64,000 bases of DNA from an uncultured archaeon (GCA_964590575.1 CAZPWM010000001.1:1-64000); one strand, 5' to 3'. Positions 39,625 to 50,555 are shown, counted from the first letter of the stretch. Numbers and translations are program-made. Notes: generated by a model not told the origin, from the letters alone.

Positions 39625-39918
39625 TCAGAAACCAAAGGGCATCATTGGAATTTCGTTATCCTCATCTAACTCTCTTACCATTCGCATTATTCCTCTGATA
39701 CTGAGGAGCTCCCAAGCGGGTTTAACAAATGCTATTGAAATCTGTTTCGCGTCCTCCTGCGGGATTCCATTTTCTCTAAGTGTCTTATAGAATTCCTTGG
39801 CTCCCTTTTTGACATCGTTTCGTCCTTGACGAAGTGACCACCAAAGTTTGAATAGGAGCTTTGATCCACCGCCTATAGCACTCCCTGTAATTGATGCAAT
39901 GGATCTCGCGGTTCCCAT
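39625..39918 (-). CDS. Hypothetical protein
   Basis: 'FYKTLRENGIPQEDAKQI' motif, similar to the upstream gene. Confidence 0.6.
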   Translation of the reverse strand: MGTARSIASITGSAIGGGSKLLFKLWWSLRQGRNDVKKGAKEFYKTLRENGIPQEDAKQISIAFVKPAWELLSIRGIMRMVRELDEDNEIPMMPFGF

Positions 39919-39920
39919 TT

Positions 39921-40337
39921 CTATTCAAACTCCTCATCATCTTCGTCATCATCGTAGTTATCTGATCCTCGTCGTTTCCTCTTCTTCTTGCCACTAATTT
40001 CGATAGATGTTTCGTCGCTCACCATACTCATGAGCTTGCTGAAGTCAAGAGCTCCAACAAATTTCTTAGTCATGTCAAGAGCTACTTCCTCGGGGATTCC
40101 CTCAGCGATGAGATTGCTATAGAATTTCCCGATTCCTGCTGCCATGTTACCGGCAGCCTCAGGACTGTACACACTACCGATTAAGCCCGATATCAGTTTC
40201 GGAATTGCATCGTTGAGCGCACTGAAGAGTTCAGGCAATGCGCCTGCTATTTCCTTCAGTTCTTCAGCCTCACTCTTTTCTAATCTTGTTTTCTTTTTTG
40301 GTTCTGAGAATTCGTCACTCAAATTTATCTTCACCAA
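39921..40337 (-). CDS. Hypothetical protein
   Basis: 'FYSNLIAEGIPEEVALDM' motif and an acidic tail. Confidence 0.65.
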   Translation of the reverse strand: MVKINLSDEFSEPKKKTRLEKSEAEELKEIAGALPELFSALNDAIPKLISGLIGSVYSPEAAGNMAAGIGKFYSNLIAEGIPEEVALDMTKKFVGALDFSKLMSMVSDETSIEISGKKKRKRRGSDNYDDDEDDEEFE

Positions 40338-40404
40338 GTATTATGTAGACTGGTCACTTACTATATATAAATTGGAAAAAAGTGACCACTTCTTTAGAAA
40401 CTTG

Positions 40405-40863
40405 CTACTCCCTCACCAGAGCGAAATACCTTGCTCTATCATCCTCATCTTCGATGATTTGCAAAATGCCCCGTTTAACAAGGTCATTCACTCGTTCCCG
40501 TACAATCCTTCTAGATGCTGTTCCTCTCTCAGCTCTCACAGATGCTGTTAATTGACTGATATTGAGAGGACGGGAATTGTCTAGTATCTGGATGATCCTC
40601 CAGCTGATATCGTCTTTCTTCAAATCTCCATATCTTGACTCTAATCTCTCAATCTTGGTGAATTTTCCCATCAATCGTACCATGCCATCATAGAACTCGA
40701 ATCCTTCTTTGATAACTTTGGCTGAAGTACGGACTTCCTCGATACCTGGACCGACCCTCTCTATAAGCTCCTCGAGTCTAGCTAACCTTTCAGAGATTTC
40801 ATCTAATCTATCTTGGACTTCCTCAATTGTCAGATCTGATTTCGTGTTTTTGATTCCAGTCAA
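40405..40863 (-). CDS. Coiled-coil plus winged-helix transcription regulator
   Basis: 'IIQILDNSRPLNISQLT...GTASRRIVRERVNDLVKRGIL'; TTG at 40863 is preceded by AGGTGG. Confidence 0.7.
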   Translation of the reverse strand: MTGIKNTKSDLTIEEVQDRLDEISERLARLEELIERVGPGIEEVRTSAKVIKEGFEFYDGMVRLMGKFTKIERLESRYGDLKKDDISWRIIQILDNSRPLNISQLTASVRAERGTASRRIVRERVNDLVKRGILQIIEDEDDRARYFALVRE

Positions 40864-40972
40864 GGAAGTGTCGCCACCTAGAATCAATAGTAGAAAGTGA
40901 TAAGTCTGACGAATGCCGCGTAAGGACACCTGACCTGAAAAATGGTTCGAAGACATAGGAAGAATAAGCAAT

Positions 40973-42385
40973 TTGACCGGAGAAGAAGGTGAAAACGTAG
41001 TTGAAAATGTACTACCTCTACGTGATCTATTTCACTTTGCACACTTCTCCAGATTTTACAGACTGTACGTGCCTGCATCAATTCTTGTGGGTATTGCATG
41101 CGGCCTCTTCATGGTTTTATTTCAACTTCTTATTGATACTGCGATTACTGTATTCTCTGTGCTTCCACTCTTCATCGCTCCTTTGATTGGAGGTGCATTT
41201 TCAGGTGTTCTCATCTATTTTGGGCGAACGGAGATTCAGGGGAGTGGGATTTCAAAAGCTATTGAAATGACACACAAACCAGGCTCACTTAGAAAAGGTA
41301 CAACGCTCACAAAACTCGTAGCAACATCTGTATCTATTGGGTCTGGAAATCCAGTAGGACGAGAGGGTCCTGCAGTATTAATCGGTGCAGGTGTCGGGAA
41401 CGCTATTGGTCGAAGGCTTGGTTTCCGAGATGACTCACATCTCAGAGTATTTCTGATGATGGGCTCTGCAGCTGCAACTGCTGGTATCTATAAGGCACCA
41501 CTCGGTGGCGCTCTGTTTGCCACTGAGGCTCCATATAGACAAGATGCTCGACTTGGTTATTTTGTACCAACAGTGATTGCTGCATTGAGCTCTTTTGTTG
41601 TATTCATAGGCGTGTATCCATTTATCACAGGACATGGAGCTGGTCCATTATTCACTTTTACTGCAGCATTAAGCATCACGCTTGCCGAGATTCCCTTCTT
41701 GGTTCTCTTTGGTGTTGTTGCAGGTGTCATTTCGATTCTATTTGCTGTGAGCCTCATGGCTACGCGTAACTTCTTCACAGTAAAATTTCCAAATTGGGTG
41801 GATCCTGTGATTGGCTCATTGCTTGCGTGCGTAGTCATTTTCGTTACATCCCTATTTGTAGACCCATCTCTTACAATCGCGGGAATGGGTTATGATGTAA
41901 TTAACACGCTCGCACTTCATCCTGCGCCAATTTTAATGATAGTTATCTTACTTTTTGGAAAGCTCTTCGCATCATCATTTGTAGTTGCAGGAAAGGTTTC
42001 AGGAGGCGTGCTTGCTTCATCATTGTTTGTCGGGGCAATGCTAGGGTTATTCTTTGGCGAGATCTTCTTTCCCTCCAATGTTCCTGCGATTATGGTCCTA
42101 GGAATGGGTGCGGTCCTTGCTGCCACGACGAATACTCCTGTCGCAACCACCATCATGATGCTTGAGATGAGTCAAAACTTTGACCTAGTCATTCCTCTAG
42201 TGATTTGTATCTGTGTTTCCTATCTCGTAAGTGGAGGCACCTCATTGTATGAAGGTCAAAAAATAAGCAGAGACGATGAAACACCCGGCTTCTATGCCAA
42301 TGTACTTCCTCCAAGAAAGCTTGGATACGAGAAAATTGATGGAGACGAAACAGAGCAAGATAGCGATGAAATCAATATACTCTGA
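40973..42385 (+). CDS. ClC chloride channel/transporter
   Basis: 'GSGIS', 'GREGP', 'KAPLGGALFATE', 'SGGVLASSLFVGAMLG', 'TPVATTIMMLEM'. Confidence 0.92.
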   Translation: MTGEEGENVVENVLPLRDLFHFAHFSRFYRLYVPASILVGIACGLFMVLFQLLIDTAITVFSVLPLFIAPLIGGAFSGVLIYFGRTEIQGSGISKAIEMTHKPGSLRKGTTLTKLVATSVSIGSGNPVGREGPAVLIGAGVGNAIGRRLGFRDDSHLRVFLMMGSAAATAGIYKAPLGGALFATEAPYRQDARLGYFVPTVIAALSSFVVFIGVYPFITGHGAGPLFTFTAALSITLAEIPFLVLFGVVAGVISILFAVSLMATRNFFTVKFPNWVDPVIGSLLACVVIFVTSLFVDPSLTIAGMGYDVINTLALHPAPILMIVILLFGKLFASSFVVAGKVSGGVLASSLFVGAMLGLFFGEIFFPSNVPAIMVLGMGAVLAATTNTPVATTIMMLEMSQNFDLVIPLVICICVSYLVSGGTSLYEGQKISRDDETPGFYANVLPPRKLGYEKIDGDETEQDSDEINIL

Positions 42386-42490
42386 TTTCTACGAAAATTA
42401 ATAGGCAATTGCAGTAATAAGGTGTCTAAAGGGAGATTGGTTTCGGAGGTTCACTCGAATCGCAAACTGACCCCCTAGGAGGAGTAATCT

Positions 42491-45102
42491 TTGCAGAAGA
42501 AAGTGGTAAGTACACTTTTGACCCTTTGTCTAATTCTCTCAAGTGTTCCTGTTCTTCTCTATGTCATGCCGATAGATGAAGTACAGCCAACAAAGATTGA
42601 ACCAGTGACATTGGACTTTAACAGATTGACTGAACTTTATGGAGAGCAGATTCCAGTAGTTGTTCGTTTTAATCAAGGTCTCTCGTCTGGATTACAAGAT
42701 ATCATCTCATCTATGCAATTGGAATTTAGCCTCGGAAGTGCAAGTAAAAGTCACATCGGTTCGTACTATCTACTGAATGGCAATCCGGATAGTCTTCAGG
42801 CTTTGATTGATATGGGTGTTGTTGCGAAGATTGCTCCGCAGACACATACACAATTTCTGGAAACTCCTAGAGACCTCTCAATTCCAGAAATCAATGCTGA
42901 TGATGTCTGGTCGACGCTTGATGATTTGAGTAGAAACATCACAGGTCGAGATATTCTCATTGCGGATCTCGATTCAGGAGTAGATTGGCGACATCCTGAC
43001 CTCTGGTTTGCTGATGGCGGCCAATACACTTGGTTTGACCATGCTGCAAACGGTCAGCTGGATAATGGAACTGATGGTATAGATCTCAACCCTGATGGAA
43101 TCATTATGCCTGATGAGGCTCTGTATGTTCTTGATTTAGATCGGAATGGCATTTTCAATGTTCGATTTGAATGGGCATGGCTTGACAATGTCACTCAAAA
43201 TGGATCTCCAGACATCGGTGAACCGTTCTTTGTTGTGAATGATACTTCGGGTGATGGTTTCCTTGACCTTGGAGAACCCTTGGTCATGTTGGGAACTCCT
43301 AAAACCAAGTACATCTTTGAAATGGATGGTAATCCCTCACCAAGTCTACAGTTATGGGAGCGTGGAGTGAACCTTACATCAAGCACTCACAAAGACGACA
43401 GTCCTTATGGTGGAGGTCATGGAACCGCTGTCGCTGGAATACTATTGGGTGGACAACTTGGTTTTCGAGACTATGTTGGTGTGGCCCCTGATGCAGAGTT
43501 AATGCTGATTCGTGTTATAGGCGATCAGTTCACGTGGATCTCAATTGAAGCAGGGCTTGCAATCGCAAACAATACGGGGGCTGATGTTATTCTTACAGAA
43601 ATCGGGTCATGGACCTATCAATATCTCGATGGTAGTTCATTGGCTGAGGAAATAATTGACGATTTAGTTGCTGATGGCATTCCAGTAATCTCTCCAAGTG
43701 GGAATCTTGGAGGAAAGGACAAACACGCAATGATCAACACAGTCCGTTTGCTCCCCATCAGATTGATTTCTTAGTTCCTACAGTAGATGGCCTTTATGTC
43801 TTTGAAGACATCACGGAGGTCTACATAACAGTCCTAACGGTTGATCCCACTGATTTCGTGGTGAGTAATTTTAGTTTGACAATTAATGGAACCACAACCT
43901 ACCTTAATCCCGGAGTGGGTGAGGGTATATGGTTCCTGCAATCTAACATTATCCCTGGGGTCAATGTGCAGTCTTACATCTCTACTTCTACAAGAGGTAC
44001 GAAGATGCTTGCCATCCAACTCTATGGAGCTCTTCCCACCACTCCTCCCGTCGTGCCCTACCAACTTGGCATCTCAACACCTGATGCCGCAACGATTCAT
44101 GCGTATATCTCTGATGACCAGAGTGGATGGACTGGTGGATGTGTATGGACAACCGACATGGCGGATAGTTATCATATTACATGGCCATCGACAGCAGACA
44201 GTGCAATAAGTGTCGCAAGCTATCACACAAGGAGTCTCTATGGGACAATTGGAGATCGTGCTAGCTTCTCCTCTATTGGTCCAAGGATTGATGGTTTTCC
44301 CAAACAGACTGTTGCAGCTCCTGGAGGTTACGACATTATCTCAGACTATGCAAATGGTTCTGTTTGGGCCTCTTGGTTTAATGGTGGTGGTGCATTACCT
44401 TTTCAGCCGCAGTTTGGAACTTATCGGTTATTTAGTGGAACAAGTGCATCAGGACCGCATGTTGCAGGAGCAGCTGCACTGCTGCTTCAAGCCAATGTTA
44501 CTATTGGGGGTCAAATGAAAGCAATTTTTGAGTCCACTGCAGTAAGTGATGTGTTCACCGGGGTTGTCCCAAACGACATGTGGGGTAGTGGTAAACTGGA
44601 TGTGGAGGCTGCATTAGCCTTCATCACTCCTGGTCCTGATGTTGATGGTCCAGTGATTGGGAACCATAATCGAAGCCCCTTCACGCCTAATTCTACTGAA
44701 TCAGTACTGGTGAATGTTACAGTGTCAGACGCTTCTGGGGTCGACACAGTGATTCTTTCATATTACAATGGCTCAACCTGGTTCAATGTCACAATGACTT
44801 GGACTGGGTTATATTATGAAGGCACAATTCCTGCATTCCCGAATGGAACTACTATACTTTATCGTTTCTACGCAAACGACACACTTGATAACTGGTCCAT
44901 GTCTGGGACATTTAGCTACACTGTTACAGATCCTGGAACCACCACAACCACGACCACCAGTACAACCTCGACAACGGGAAGCCCGACTACGACCTCCCCT
45001 CCCCCCGAAGAACCGGATTACCTTCGATTGGCGGTGATACTAAGTGTGGTGCTTGCGTTGATAATTCTGGCAGTTGTATGTAATCGAAGGAGGTCACGAT
45101 GA
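42491..45102 (+). pseudogene. Membrane-anchored S8 subtilase split by a 1-nt frameshift near 43740
   Basis: Asp (DLDSG) and His (HGTAVAG) lie in 42491..43774. Ser (GTSASGPHVAG), a Thr-rich linker and the TM lie in the second frame, which is open from about 43741. Confidence 0.8.
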
Positions 45103-45223
45103 CCAGATTAAGGCAAAGGATAAAAATTTGTGTTCTTTACACACTCGAAGTAGCGTGAGCAGGTCTTATATGAGCTAAGTTTATTGCGAAGTCGTCGACA
45201 AAACAAGACAAAAGGTATCAACC

Positions 45224-45562
45224 ATGAAGCAACTTGGCGGATTTACTCTCGACTTAGGACATAAGAAACACATGCCTGTGGAAGTTCTAGTCGATAATGG
45301 CAATACACTCATTCTGATAGACTGTAACTGTTGCGAGGAAAATCTTTCGCGAAGGCTTCCTGGAGGTGCTCTCATACCTATTGCGACAGCCTTGAAAACC
45401 TTCTTTGCGGCTCGGGGGATGAGAAATATCGATGTCAATGTGAGCGGAGTAATGATGCGCCGTACCTACAAGGGTATCATGGATGAGTCGGACCTTCCTG
45501 AGATGACAAAGGAATTGGAACAGGCTGTTAGTAATTTCACTCGCAAACGAAAGAAGAGATAG
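45224..45562 (+). CDS. Hypothetical protein
   Basis: ORF with 'DCNCCE' motif and basic C-terminus. Confidence 0.6.
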   Translation: MKQLGGFTLDLGHKKHMPVEVLVDNGNTLILIDCNCCEENLSRRLPGGALIPIATALKTFFAARGMRNIDVNVSGVMMRRTYKGIMDESDLPEMTKELEQAVSNFTRKRKKR

Positions 45563-45596
45563 GTTGGAGAGAGAATACACTCTCCCCAGAATGGTA

Positions 45597-46691
45597 CTAT
45601 TGATTTTCAGCTTGGAACTCTTTGAGATATTCAGCAAGTTTCATACAACCCTCAAGAGACATTGCATTGTAGATTGAAGCTCTCATTCCTCCAACTGAGC
45701 GATGTCCTTTGAGTCCCACCAAATCTCTTGCAGTTCCTCCAGCAACACACTTCTGTTCCAGCTCTGGCGAAGCCATGGTGAATGTCACGTTCATGAGCGA
45801 ACGCGAATCCTCCCTTGCATGACCCTTGTAGAACCCATCGGAGGAGTCAATAACATCATAGAGGACTTTTGCCTTCTCTATATTTCTCTTCTCCATCTCC
45901 TTCACTCCACCTATTTCTTTCAGGTACTCAAGCGAGAGCTTACAGATATAGATTGGGAAAACTGGTGGTGTATTGTACATAGAGTCGTTGTCGGAATGGG
46001 TTTTCCACTTTTGCATTGAAGGTGCACGATCTGGAGCTCGATCAAGAAGATCCTCTCTTACGATGACTAAAGTGACCCCTGCTGGTCCAAGATTCTTTTG
46101 GGCTCCAGCATAGATTACGCCATAGTCCTTAACATTGATAGGTCGATCCATGAGGTTCGAAGACATGTCACAGACAAGAGGAACGTCCTTAGGAACGGAG
46201 GGTAGGTATGACCACTCGGTTCCATAGAGTGTATTGTTACTTGTGAAATGTGCGAATGCGTTCTCCTCATTGAATTTAACATTCTTTGGAATGTATGAAA
46301 AATTCTCATCTTCGGAAGAGGCAATTACTTTGACTTCCCCAAAGAGTTTAGCTTCTTTGATCGCTTTCGTGGACCATCCGCCTGTATTAGCATATTCCAT
46401 TGGTTTTCCAGGGATATGAAGATTAAGGGGTACCATATAGAATTGAGTCGAAGCTCCACCTCCCAGCCACAGAACCTTATAGTCCGTCGGAACTCCCATC
46501 AACTCTCTCACAAGATCAGTAGCATCATTCATGGCTTTCTCCCACTCTTTTGACCGATGTGAAATCTCCATCACTGACATGCCAGTTCCCGCGAAATTCA
46601 AGAATTCCTCCTTGGCTTTCTCAAGGACTGATAGTTGTAATGTAGCTGGTCCAGCGTAGTAGTTCCATACTCTCTTTATCATTATCTTCAC
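45597..46691 (-). CDS. serC: Phosphoserine aminotransferase
   Basis: 'NYYAGPA', 'SVMEISHRS', 'GGASTQF', 'DMSS', 'YAGAQKNLGPAG', 'YNTPP', 'KGHRSVGGMRASIYNA'. Confidence 0.95.
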   Translation of the reverse strand: MKIMIKRVWNYYAGPATLQLSVLEKAKEEFLNFAGTGMSVMEISHRSKEWEKAMNDATDLVRELMGVPTDYKVLWLGGGASTQFYMVPLNLHIPGKPMEYANTGGWSTKAIKEAKLFGEVKVIASSEDENFSYIPKNVKFNEENAFAHFTSNNTLYGTEWSYLPSVPKDVPLVCDMSSNLMDRPINVKDYGVIYAGAQKNLGPAGVTLVIVREDLLDRAPDRAPSMQKWKTHSDNDSMYNTPPVFPIYICKLSLEYLKEIGGVKEMEKRNIEKAKVLYDVIDSSDGFYKGHAREDSRSLMNVTFTMASPELEQKCVAGGTARDLVGLKGHRSVGGMRASIYNAMSLEGCMKLAEYLKEFQAENQ

Positions 46692-48032
46692 TTACTCCAG
46701 TTTGTTTATTGTGAATCCAGTCCAGACTTTAGGCTGGAAGAACGTACTCTTTTGAGGCATGCATTCGAAATTTTTCGAAACAGCTTCAACCTCATTTATT
46801 CGTGTCGGGTTCATAAAGAAAACGGCCTGACCATCATTCTGGACAGACTTTATCGATTCCTTTACAGCATCACCTATGCCTTTAATGTAGACAACATACC
46901 CTCCTCCCTTCATTGTACCCTGCTCCAGCTTCTTTTTATCAATTCCCAGCATTTTGTCAAGAACGAGGGTATGAAGTATAGCCACATCGAGACCTCGAAG
47001 TTCTATAGACTTGTTTGGCAAGAGTTCATCCATCACTGAAACCTCCTTCAATGTAAGAGCATAGAACTTTCCATTATCCATGTAGAGTCCAAAGGAATGT
47101 TTTCCTTTCCGGAACTTATTCTCCATTAGCTCAAACATGGACTCTGATGATTCAAATATATCAACATCGAAGTATTTGTTGATGTCTTCAAGGAGTTTAT
47201 CCTTGGAGAAGTCTTCCAAGTTTTGTACAAGTCTATGAGTAGGCAGGACTACAAGTCCGGGATTTGAGATATTAACAAATGTGAGCATGCGGTATCTTGC
47301 GGTTTCTAGCTCTGGGTGTTCTTTAGACAATGCAAGGGCTGTTTTATATCTATGATGACCATCAGCTATTATAACGAACTTGTCATCCATTAGTCGGACT
47401 ATCTCTTTCAGGTCATCTTCATTGTCAATTCTCCAGAGTCTATGACGGATACCATCGTAGTCAACAACATCGCCAACTGGATTGTCCTTCATATGCTTCT
47501 CAAGGATTGCATCCACCTGTCGTTCATGGTCCGGGTAAATTACAAAAATCTGTCCAAAATTAGCCATGCAACTTCTACATAGACTAAGTCGGTCTTCAAT
47601 ATCTTTTGGGAGGGTTTCTTCGTGTTGAAGAACTCCATCAAAAATACTAACGCTCGGAGCTCTTGTTGCGAATTCTTCGAGTTCAATCAACCCAATGAAT
47701 CCAAACCTAAATAGTGGTTTTCCCTTAATCTCAAAGTCCTGTCCATAGACATAGAATGACTCTTTCTCATCAGGTGTGAGAATACCCTCATTGATCCATT
47801 TATTGAAGTGGTTTCTCGCTCTGGTATACTGATTTGATGAAGGTGTGTCGTTTTCTTCAGATTTGTTCTTTATGATCCATGCCATATTATAATCAGAAAG
47901 TGATTGAAGTTCGTCTATCTTGTCGCCCTTAATGATATCATAAGGCGGAGTCACCAATCGAGACAACTCGCCCGCCTTGGCCTCGTTGTATCTATAAGCT
48001 TTGAATGGTTTTACACGTACCATCGTTAGCAT
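46692..48032 (-). CDS. DUF1015 family protein
   Basis: 'VKPFKAYRY', 'PPYDII', 'HEET', 'IADGHHRY', 'PTHRLV', 'MPQKSTFFQPK'. Confidence 0.9.
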   Translation of the reverse strand: MLTMVRVKPFKAYRYNEAKAGELSRLVTPPYDIIKGDKIDELQSLSDYNMAWIIKNKSEENDTPSSNQYTRARNHFNKWINEGILTPDEKESFYVYGQDFEIKGKPLFRFGFIGLIELEEFATRAPSVSIFDGVLQHEETLPKDIEDRLSLCRSCMANFGQIFVIYPDHERQVDAILEKHMKDNPVGDVVDYDGIRHRLWRIDNEDDLKEIVRLMDDKFVIIADGHHRYKTALALSKEHPELETARYRMLTFVNISNPGLVVLPTHRLVQNLEDFSKDKLLEDINKYFDVDIFESSESMFELMENKFRKGKHSFGLYMDNGKFYALTLKEVSVMDELLPNKSIELRGLDVAILHTLVLDKMLGIDKKKLEQGTMKGGGYVVYIKGIGDAVKESIKSVQNDGQAVFFMNPTRINEVEAVSKNFECMPQKSTFFQPKVWTGFTINKLE

Positions 48033-48203
48033 CTCCGGTTTCTAACTATAGATTCTGCTGAGCCGGCTCTTAGACTCTTTGTCATAAGTCTTTCTTTCCG
48101 AATGAAACTCTCTCACGTTTGAGAAAATTCCCAAACGTCAAACTTAAATGACTAAGGGTGACGGACACGCGAACCTATAATATCGACGGGGAGACATAAA
48201 TAA

Positions 48204-48473
48204 ATGGAATTTTGTGAGAAATGCGGAGCCCTCATGTTTCCTAAAAAAGAGGAAGGAAAAAAGACAATCATATTGAAGTGTCGAGAATGCGGGCATGAAA
48301 AATCAGTTCGTTCTCCTCCTGATTACAAAGTAGAACATCGAATAAAACACACTCCTCGTGAGAAGATTGTTATCGTTGAAGAGGATTCAAAACATATGTC
48401 GGAGATGACTGAGGATGAACGTCGTGAAAGACGTAAAGAAATACTGGAATACTACGAGTCGGAAGATGAATGA
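48204..48473 (+). CDS. TFS/RpoM-like protein with only the N-terminal Zn ribbon
   Basis: '[15 protein letters not shown]...[10 protein letters not shown]'; no C-terminal ribbon or ADE motif. Confidence 0.7.
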   Translation: MEFCEKCGALMFPKKEEGKKTIILKCRECGHEKSVRSPPDYKVEHRIKHTPREKIVIVEEDSKHMSEMTEDERRERRKEILEYYESEDE

Positions 48474-48592
48474 GTATCTTCGGGTAACCTTAATATCCCT
48501 TCACATGGTCAGTTTACATGCCTATCATTATCGGCCGTCTGAACACTGACTAATTTTACAATCCGATTTTTCACGGATTGTATACTCATAAA

Positions 48593-49480
48593 ATGGAGGA
48601 CCTGAACAAGATGGGAACTAATCTTCATTATAATCATCATAATTACCTGTTGAAAAATGGAAACATTGCAGATAAGCTGCGCCTTGCAGCTAGTTGGACT
48701 GACCTTTCTGAAGGGCAACTAACAGAACTGATGCATGAAGTAACTCGAGTTCAGAACAAAGATGGCGGGATACCATTTGGTGTACAGCCAGGAAATCCAA
48801 GTTCCGTGAAAGAAACTGCAGAGGTATTGGCTCTAATATCTAGATACAAATCTCAGTGGGGTAAAATCCTCGATGAAATGGTCAAGTTTCTTATCTCGCG
48901 GCAAAAGAATGATGGAGGATTCAGTGAAACCCTGAATTTGGACCCCTATATTGAAGATAAATGGGGTGGTATTGGGCGAGATTGGTATCCTGTGGCTAAG
49001 AGTTTAACATGGCTAACAGGGAAAGCACTCGAAGCATTATGTCTTGCAGAATATCATGATGAAGAAAGACTAAGAAGAGCCAGAGACTTCCTCCTTTACA
49101 ACCAGTATGAAGATGGTCACTGGCCTGATTTTATTGGCCGTGAAGTATCAGATCCACTTGCGACCGGTAATATTTTGCTCGCGCTAGAAGCAGTAGGGAT
49201 TAATTCCAATAACAAAGTTTACCAAGATGGTCGGACTGCTCTTCTTCAGCATTTGAAAGACTCTGTTGAGAATAAATCAACATTTGACATGGTAGATTTG
49301 ACTGCTGTAGGAAAACCTAATTCCAATCTTGAGAAAGAGGTCATCCGCAATGGAGTAGAACTCATAATCCAAAGCCAAAATGAAGATGGTGGTTGGGCTC
49401 CACTTGGGTCTAAGAAGAGTGATCCTGAATTGAGTTCCATACTCGCATTCGTCGCATCGAAGTTAAACAAGTATGCATAA
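48593..49480 (+). CDS. Prenyltransferase/squalene-cyclase repeat protein
   Basis: QW-like repeats 'QNKDGG', 'RQKNDGGF', 'QYEDGHW', 'SQNEDGGW'. Confidence 0.8.
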   Translation: MEDLNKMGTNLHYNHHNYLLKNGNIADKLRLAASWTDLSEGQLTELMHEVTRVQNKDGGIPFGVQPGNPSSVKETAEVLALISRYKSQWGKILDEMVKFLISRQKNDGGFSETLNLDPYIEDKWGGIGRDWYPVAKSLTWLTGKALEALCLAEYHDEERLRRARDFLLYNQYEDGHWPDFIGREVSDPLATGNILLALEAVGINSNNKVYQDGRTALLQHLKDSVENKSTFDMVDLTAVGKPNSNLEKEVIRNGVELIIQSQNEDGGWAPLGSKKSDPELSSILAFVASKLNKYA

Positions 49481-50036
49481 CAAACGAGGTGACCAAGTGG
49501 TAGAGAAAGTTCTTGCGCTACTCGAGAAAGACGAAAAATATCTCGCTGGTGTATTTACCTCTGAAGGGCTCTACACTAGTTCTCTCCCATATGCTAAAAA
49601 ATCGGATGCAATCAAAGGTGTGAATGGACATTCCCTTCGTAGAGATGACAGTGATGAAAATCTAGCAGTTCTTGAAACAGTCTATGCCATCCATGAGGGG
49701 GTTAGAGATGCAGCTATAGACGAAATCAAGTTAGATTTCTCTGGGTTCACACCTAAGCAGGTATCTGTTCTCAAGATTGTATTGACAATTCCATTTGGTT
49801 CAACCTTGACTTATGGATCTGTTGCAGAAAAAGCAGGACTGCCTAATGCTGCTAGATTTGTTGGGAATGTAATGCGTATCAATCGACTTGGACCCGTAAT
49901 TCCATGTCATCGCGTTGTTTCATCAACTGGTCTTGGAGGTTATACAGGTGGTATAGACAAGAAGATTGATTTACTAGCACGTGAGGGAGTCATTCGCGGA
50001 GACTTTTCACAGAAGGCTTTACATAGGATTCCGTAA
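49473..50036 (+). CDS. ogt: Methylated-DNA-protein-cysteine methyltransferase
   Basis: 'IPFGSTLTYG', 'AARFVG', active site 'IPCHRVV', 'GLGGY', 'KIDLLAREG'. Confidence 0.92.
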   Translation: MHNKRGDQVVEKVLALLEKDEKYLAGVFTSEGLYTSSLPYAKKSDAIKGVNGHSLRRDDSDENLAVLETVYAIHEGVRDAAIDEIKLDFSGFTPKQVSVLKIVLTIPFGSTLTYGSVAEKAGLPNAARFVGNVMRINRLGPVIPCHRVVSSTGLGGYTGGIDKKIDLLAREGVIRGDFSQKALHRIP

Positions 50037-50076
50037 TTTCCGAAGTGGACCCCTTCGGTTTGGATGCGTGTACCTT

Positions 50077-50553
50077 ATGAACTTGAAAGTACGAAGAAAC
50101 GGGGACATCGTTGAGTTACGTAAGGTAGAACTTGAAACCTTGAGCCCTCCATTATTCAGGACGCTCATCGGTTATAATTCACTGAAGCGTCTTGGTTACT
50201 CAATTTCATTTATCCGTCCTAAGAAGAGCTCGAGCGGCGACTTTGAAAGGATTCGATACAACTTCATCGAGCGAGGAATTATGACCCGCCAACTTGAGGG
50301 TGAACTTGAACCCGATATGAAACGTGGCATTCTCAATCAACTACCTCGCGGAAATTTCTCAATTATTCTTCTGCTGACTCAAGTTCCACGAAGAGGTGTA
50401 AACATCAGACTCGATAAATTCGAGTATGAATTCCTCGGCTGCATTCTCATGAGAAATGATGAAACCCTTGATGTTGTGATGAATATTACACCCACGAGAG
50501 ATATTCTAATGCCGATGTATGATAGAGATGAAATCATGACGGAAAGTGCGTGA
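50077..50553 (+). CDS. Hypothetical protein
   Basis: Co-oriented ORF after ogt; start uncertain. Confidence 0.55.
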   Translation: MNLKVRRNGDIVELRKVELETLSPPLFRTLIGYNSLKRLGYSISFIRPKKSSSGDFERIRYNFIERGIMTRQLEGELEPDMKRGILNQLPRGNFSIILLLTQVPRRGVNIRLDKFEYEFLGCILMRNDETLDVVMNITPTRDILMPMYDRDEIMTESA

Positions 50554-50555
50554 GT

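Noticed and set aside
44938-45007. ACC/ACA-rich tract
   Set aside because: It encodes an ordinary Thr/Ser/Pro linker before the TM anchor.
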